Source: Roseovarius sp. (GTDB taxonomy: Bacteria; Pseudomonadota; Alphaproteobacteria; Rhodobacterales; Rhodobacteraceae). Taken from it: a stretch of 64,000 bases of DNA. The translations under genes were made by a program, and so were the position numbers. The stretch covers positions 4,501-68,500 of the forward strand of contig JAPOTF010000066.1 in assembly GCA_026709325.1 (NCBI GenBank). The letters run 5' to 3'. Below are positions 59,959 to 64,000 of the stretch, piece by piece. Numbering within the stretch: position 1 is the stretch's first letter; every line of letters begins with the position of its first letter. The notes beneath the pieces are model-generated. The model ran no database searches and was not told where the DNA came from. It worked only from the letters and a program-made list of their open reading frames with translations.

Positions 59959-60990
59959 CTATGGTTTGACTGACGAAAGATCGTCCAGCGCCAGCCTGGC
60001 AATCGGATCGACATGCCCGCCGAGTTTCATGGCGTTCTTGTTCGAGGCATTGCCCGCAAGCGCGCGGGCGTAGACGCCTTGCGCGATGGAGGCGAGCCGG
60101 AAGAACGACAGGCTGATTGCGAAGTCCCAGTTTGCGACATCTTTCAGGCCTCTGATCTCGCAATATTCGTCGATGATCTGCTTTTCCGACGGGATGCCAA
60201 GGGCGTCGAGGTCGACACCGCGCAAACCGCCGACGATCTGGCCATGGGGCAGACGCATGCTCATGCAGTAGTAGGCAAAATCCGCAATCGGATGGCCCAG
60301 CGTCGACAGTTCCCAGTCAAGGATTGCGCGCACCCTGGGTTGACCTCGATAGAAGATCAGATTGTCCAGACGATAGTCTCCATGGATCAGGCTGGTTTCC
60401 TCATCCTTTTCCGGGAGGTTGGATCCCAGCCATTCCATCAGCTGTTCCATATGTTCGTTGCTGTCGGTTTCGGCCGCCCGGTACTGTTTCCGCCAGCGTG
60501 ACAGCTGACGTTGGTAATAGTCGCCTGACTTGCCGAAATCCTGCATCCCCACCATCGCGACATCGACCGAGTGCAAAGCGGCCAGCGTGCGGGTCATGGC
60601 CGAATACATCTCGGTCCGGGCGGGTTTGGTCACTTCGGGCAGCGCGGGGTCCCAGAAAATGTCGCCATCCTCATAGCTCATCATAAAGAAAATGTCGCCG
60701 ATGACGTTGTCATCTTCACACAAAAGTACAGGTGTGGCGACCGGGACGTCGGTTTTTGACAGGGCGCTGATGACACGGAACTCGCGGTCGACAGCATGGG
60801 CCGATTTCAGCAGTTTGCCCGGCGGTTTGCGCCGCAGGACCAGTTTCCGCGCACCCGCAGTGATCAGAAAGGTCGGGTTCGATTGGCCGCCCGCGAATTT
60901 CTCGGCGGCAATCTCCCCTTCGAGATCAGGCAGATGCCTGCGCAAATAGGCCGAAAGGCCATCAAGGTCCAGGCGATCGATTTCGGTCAC
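59959..60990 (-). CDS. Phosphotransferase (APH-fold kinase) of the type found next to or fused to acyl-CoA dehydrogenases
   Basis: FAGGQSNPTFLI, LVLRRKPPGKLL, catalytic LIHGDYRLDNLIF, and AILDWELSTLGHPIADFAY. Confidence 0.8.
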   Translation of the reverse strand: MTEIDRLDLDGLSAYLRRHLPDLEGEIAAEKFAGGQSNPTFLITAGARKLVLRRKPPGKLLKSAHAVDREFRVISALSKTDVPVATPVLLCEDDNVIGDIFFMMSYEDGDIFWDPALPEVTKPARTEMYSAMTRTLAALHSVDVAMVGMQDFGKSGDYYQRQLSRWRKQYRAAETDSNEHMEQLMEWLGSNLPEKDEETSLIHGDYRLDNLIFYRGQPRVRAILDWELSTLGHPIADFAYYCMSMRLPHGQIVGGLRGVDLDALGIPSEKQIIDEYCEIRGLKDVANWDFAISLSFFRLASIAQGVYARALAGNASNKNAMKLGGHVDPIARLALDDLSSVKP

Positions 60991-61032
60991 GGCTTCAACC
61001 CTTTTCCTTGCGGTCCCGGTTCGGGGCTGTTG

Positions 61033-61500
61033 TCAGTCAAAGACGATCAGTCCCAGCCATTCGGCGACCAGTGCGGGCGTGTCGCCGCCTTCGACTTCAA
61101 CGCTCAGCGCCAGTGTTCGCAGGATGCCGGCGTCGGACTTTCGGACGGCGTTCCGCAACCTGAAGCGACCGCGCAAGCGGGACCCGCATGGAACCGGCGA
61201 CAAGAAGCGCAGTTTGTTAAAGCCGTAGTTGATCGCCATCCTCTCGCCATCCATCGGTTCGATCACATCATATGCAAACCGGCTGCACAGCGACAAGGTC
61301 AGAAACCCATGGGCGATTGTGCCGCCGTACGGCGTCTCTTTCGCGGCTTTCTCGGGATCGAGGTGAATCCATTGATGGTCACGGGTGACATCCGCGAAAG
61401 AATCTATCAGCTCCTGACGGATTTCGATCCAATTCGAGACACCAATCTCCTGCCCGATTTTGCTTTCAAGCTCCTGCAGAGCCGTATCGGTTCGTGTCAT
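61033..61500 (-). CDS. MaoC-like (R)-specific enoyl-CoA hydratase / dehydratase
   Basis: Hot-dog fold motif FADVTRDHQWIHLDPEKA....GGTIAHGFLT. Start trimmed to MTRTDT. Confidence 0.8.
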   Translation of the reverse strand: MTRTDTALQELESKIGQEIGVSNWIEIRQELIDSFADVTRDHQWIHLDPEKAAKETPYGGTIAHGFLTLSLCSRFAYDVIEPMDGERMAINYGFNKLRFLSPVPCGSRLRGRFRLRNAVRKSDAGILRTLALSVEVEGGDTPALVAEWLGLIVFD

Positions 61501-61526
61501 ATGCGGGCTCCCGCTTCTTCTGTCCC

Positions 61527-62522
61527 TCATCTCATTGTCACGACGATTTTCCCAAGCGCCTTGCGGCTTTCGAGAAGCTCCAGCGCCTCGGCTGACCGTT
61601 CCAATGGGAACGACGCCGTGATGCGGGGCCGCAATTTCCCCGCGCGGTAAAGCCCGAACAGCTCTTGCGCATTCCGTTCATGACCTTTCGGGTCCCGTTG
61701 CGTCCACGCCCCCCAGAAAACGCCCAGGATCTGAGCACCTTTCAGCAAGGGCAGGTTCAGAGGCATCTTTGGAATGCCGGAAGGGAAGCCCACGACCAGA
61801 AAGCGCCCTTCCCAGGACAGGCTGCGAAAGGCCGGTTCGGAATAGGCGCCACCTACCGCGTCATAAACCACGTCAACACCGCCCGGCCCGGCAAGATCCT
61901 TGATCTGGCCTGAAAACGGCCTTTGATCATCCCGCCCCATGTCGGGTTTGTATATCAGGGTCAGATCGGCGCCGATTTCCGTGCAGAACCGCGCTTTTTC
62001 TTCGGACGAGACTGCCGCGATGACGCGAGCGCCAATGCATTTGGCCAGCTCGATGGCCGCAACGCCCACACCCCCTGCGGCACCCAGAATCAAGATGGTT
62101 TCGCCAGCCAGCAGGCGCGCGCGGTTCTTGAGCGCATGGTGGGAGGTGCCATAGGTCAGGATGAAACACGCGGCCTCATCGAACGGCATGTCGTTCGGTG
62201 TTTTGATCAACTGGTCCGGATGCAGACAGACATGAGTGGCGAAACCGCCATTGTCGGACAAGCCAATCACGTGGTCGCCTACGGCAAAGCCTGAAACATC
62301 TTTCCCGACGGCAACGATCTCACCCGCCATTTCACTGCCCGGCGCGAAGGGGCGGGGTGGCTTGGCCTGATAGAGATCTCGGATAATCAGAGCATCGGGA
62401 TAGTTCACTCCAGTTGCATGGATACGCAGCAGTATCTGATTATCTTTAGGCTGTGGATCATCCATCTCGATAAGTCGCAGCGTCTCGGGGCCACCCGGTT
62501 CGGTGCTGATTTGCGCTTTCAT
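61527..62522 (-). CDS. NADPH:quinone oxidoreductase family (MDR) protein
   Basis: VNYPDALI, cofactor motif ILILGAAGGVGVAAIELAK, and the C-terminal LGKIVV. Start trimmed to MKAQIST. Confidence 0.8.
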   Translation of the reverse strand: MKAQISTEPGGPETLRLIEMDDPQPKDNQILLRIHATGVNYPDALIIRDLYQAKPPRPFAPGSEMAGEIVAVGKDVSGFAVGDHVIGLSDNGGFATHVCLHPDQLIKTPNDMPFDEAACFILTYGTSHHALKNRARLLAGETILILGAAGGVGVAAIELAKCIGARVIAAVSSEEKARFCTEIGADLTLIYKPDMGRDDQRPFSGQIKDLAGPGGVDVVYDAVGGAYSEPAFRSLSWEGRFLVVGFPSGIPKMPLNLPLLKGAQILGVFWGAWTQRDPKGHERNAQELFGLYRAGKLRPRITASFPLERSAEALELLESRKALGKIVVTMR

Positions 62523-63646
62523 GTGCCGTCTCCCGTCGCGCTTGAATGCCATGAAACTGTGCCATCAGCATTGGCGCAAAATTCCTCCTTGTCAATCGCT
62601 CTGCGGAATGTAATTTTGACAAGCGGAACAATTGTGCGATAGGTGCCACATGTCCCAAGACGCCAACATTCAGGATTTTCGACAGCAGATCAGGGAGTGG
62701 CTTGTTGTAAACTGCCCCACCGACATGCGGGATGGAAATCAGGGCGATGACAAAACCTGTTGGGGCGGCAAATGTTGGAAATTCCAGTCCGAAGGCCAGC
62801 GCATCTGGCTGGAACGCTGCGCGGCAAAGGGCTTGACAGTTCCGACCTGGCCTAAAGCTTGCGGTGGGGCGGGACTGGATCGGGCGCGGGAAAAAGTGTT
62901 CCGCGAAGAGATGAACCGCATCAATGCCCGCCTGCCCTTGCAAAGCTTTGGAATCTGGATGCTTGGCCCGGCGGTGTTGAAGTTCGGCACGGAAGAGCAA
63001 AAGCAGGCTCTGCTGCCGCCCATTGCGCGTGGCGAGATTCGCTGGTGTCAGGGCTATTCCGAACCCGGTGCGGGGTCGGATCTGGCAAATGTGCAGACCA
63101 GGGCCGAGGATCACGGCGATCATTGGCTGATAAGCGGGCAGAAGATTTGGACGTCATATGCGGACAAGGCGGACTGGATTTTCGCTCTTGTGCGCACAGA
63201 TGGCGATGCGCCCAGGCACAAGGGGATCTCTTTCGTTCTGATTGATATGGCACAGACGGGCGTTAGGACGCGACCAATTCGGCTGATCTCCGGTCAGTCG
63301 CAGTTTTGCGAAACCTTCTTTGACAATGCCGTGGTGCCCAAGACCCAGATCATCGGTCAGGAAAACCGGGGCTGGGATGTCGCAAAGTATCTGCTGAAGC
63401 ACGAACGCGAGAACATCTCCGAGCTTTTTGCGGGTGGGGAAGGATCCCCAGGTCGGATGCTCAAAGAAGAACTGCGCGAGATCACCGACCCGGTTCTGCG
63501 CGCCGATGTGATGCGGGCCGAGATTGACTCTCTGGCCATTAAATTAACGCTCGAGCGCTATCGCGATCAGGCGGAAGCCGGGCAGGGGGCGGGAGATGCC
63601 TCGGCCATGCTGAAATATGTGGGCACCGAATTTTACAAACGCCAGC

Positions 63647-63674
63647 AGGAGATCCTCATGCGCGCGGGCGGCAG
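63647..63674 (+). repeat. Direct repeat, copy 1 (28 bp)
   Basis: aggagatcctcatgcgcgcgggcggcag, read directly. Confidence 0.95.
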
Positions 63675-63707
63675 CCGGCATGACGCGGGCAATGTGCTTT
63701 GACAAGA

Positions 63708-63735
63708 AGGAGATCCTCATGCGCGCGGGCGGCAG
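63708..63735 (+). repeat. Direct repeat, copy 2 (28 bp, identical, offset 61 nt)
   Basis: aggagatcctcatgcgcgcgggcggcag, read directly. Confidence 0.95.
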
Positions 63736-63877
63736 TGCCGCACTGGAATGGGGTGGTGATCGGGGCGGGCGCGCAGAGGATTGGCTGCGGTCCAAAGGCA
63801 ATTCAATCGAAGGGGGAACTTCGGAGGTTATGTTGGGGATCATCTCACGCCGCATTCTTGGGTTGCCGGGGTAACCC

Positions 63878-64000
63878 ATGCGGAAACTGGTCAAAACCGA
63901 AGAGGAAACCCTGCTTGCCGAGGCCGCGCGGGTTTTTCTGGACGCGAAAGCCCCTGTTCAGCACCTGCGCGCGATGCGCGACGCGGGCCGGACCAGAGAT
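63878..64000 (+). CDS. Second acyl-CoA dehydrogenase family gene (5' part only, runs off the window)
   Basis: ATG 63878 lies 4 nt after the preceding stop. MRKLVKTEEETLLAEAARVFLDAKAPVQHLRAMRDAG looks like an ACAD N-terminus. Paired ACAD genes are common. Confidence 0.55.
   Translation, partial: MRKLVKTEEETLLAEAARVFLDAKAPVQHLRAMRDAGRTRD

Larger units (their letters stand above)
62650..63874 (+). pseudogene. Acyl-CoA dehydrogenase family gene interrupted by a 61-bp imperfect tandem duplication
   Basis: The N-terminal and middle domains are intact (WCQGYSEPGAGSDLA, HWLISGQKIWTSYA). The frame stops at TGA 63700..63702, just after ...QQEILMRAGGS. The canonical C-terminus (KEILMRAGGSAALEW...IEGGTSEVMLGIISRRILGLPG) continues in the +1 frame to 63874. 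Confidence 0.7.

Noticed and set aside
1-64000. I scanned for tRNA/rRNA genes, CRISPR arrays, IS elements, integrases, and toxin-antitoxin or defence modules.
   Set aside because: I saw no T-loop/acceptor combinations, no regularly spaced direct repeats, no transposase- or integrase-like translations in the ORF track, and no small paired ORFs of TA type. This was a scan by eye, so small RNAs could have been missed.

Overview
The window looks like a chromosomal segment from an alphaproteobacterium, covering the neighbourhood of the replication origin. This call rests on gene content and synteny only; no database search was possible. About 60 protein genes are recognisable from motifs in the supplied translations, and most are housekeeping. 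In order: dxs, an MpaB/DUF2236-like oxygenase, pip, ubiG, a C-N hydrolase, grxC, an NDUFAF5-like methyltransferase, hemH, two L,D-transpeptidases flanking a CAP-domain lipoprotein, an ABC exporter, a CCA-adding enzyme, CoA pyrophosphatase, a Nudix hydrolase, argG, msrA, rbsK, maeB, mutS, grpE-hrcA, rph-rdgB-hemW, parB-parA-rsmG-mnmG-mnmE-rho-hemJ, an AT-rich gap, aroE-coaE-dnaQ, secB, fxsA, a Tim44-like protein, smr, hslU and hslV (separated), trxA-addA-addB-murU-amgK-tsaE. The last 9 kb is a GC-richer fatty-acid/acyl-CoA cluster: SDR, IclR, SDR, acyl-CoA synthetase, APH-type kinase, MaoC, Qor and two ACADs. I saw no rRNA, tRNA, CRISPR array, transposase or integrase. Points worth a second look: (1) an AT-rich 0.4-kb gap between hemJ and a maf remnant with tandem DnaA-box-like motifs, a candidate oriC, plus three perfect 16-bp parS palindromes about 4-6 kb away; (2) many decayed genes for 64 kb (hslO, msrB-like, maf, ampD-like, one ACAD, possibly a GST fragment); (3) two diverged paralogous small Cys-rich ORFs in inverted orientation on either side of dxs, whose differences are mostly synonymous, plus a third small Cys/His-rich ORF overlapping the dxs start; (4) a kinase + ACAD + SDR + acyl-CoA synthetase module resembling the lva / ACAD10-11 logic for 4-hydroxy-acid catabolism, in a compositionally distinct block that starts at a pseudogene; (5) a 61-bp imperfect tandem duplication that frameshifts one ACAD; (6) a DM13-domain gene inserted antisense between hslV and hslU. 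I found no clear new multi-gene system such as a defence or toxin module. The ORF track uses the longest ATG/GTG/TTG start, so many starts were trimmed to the start that fits family N-termini and neighbouring stop codons.
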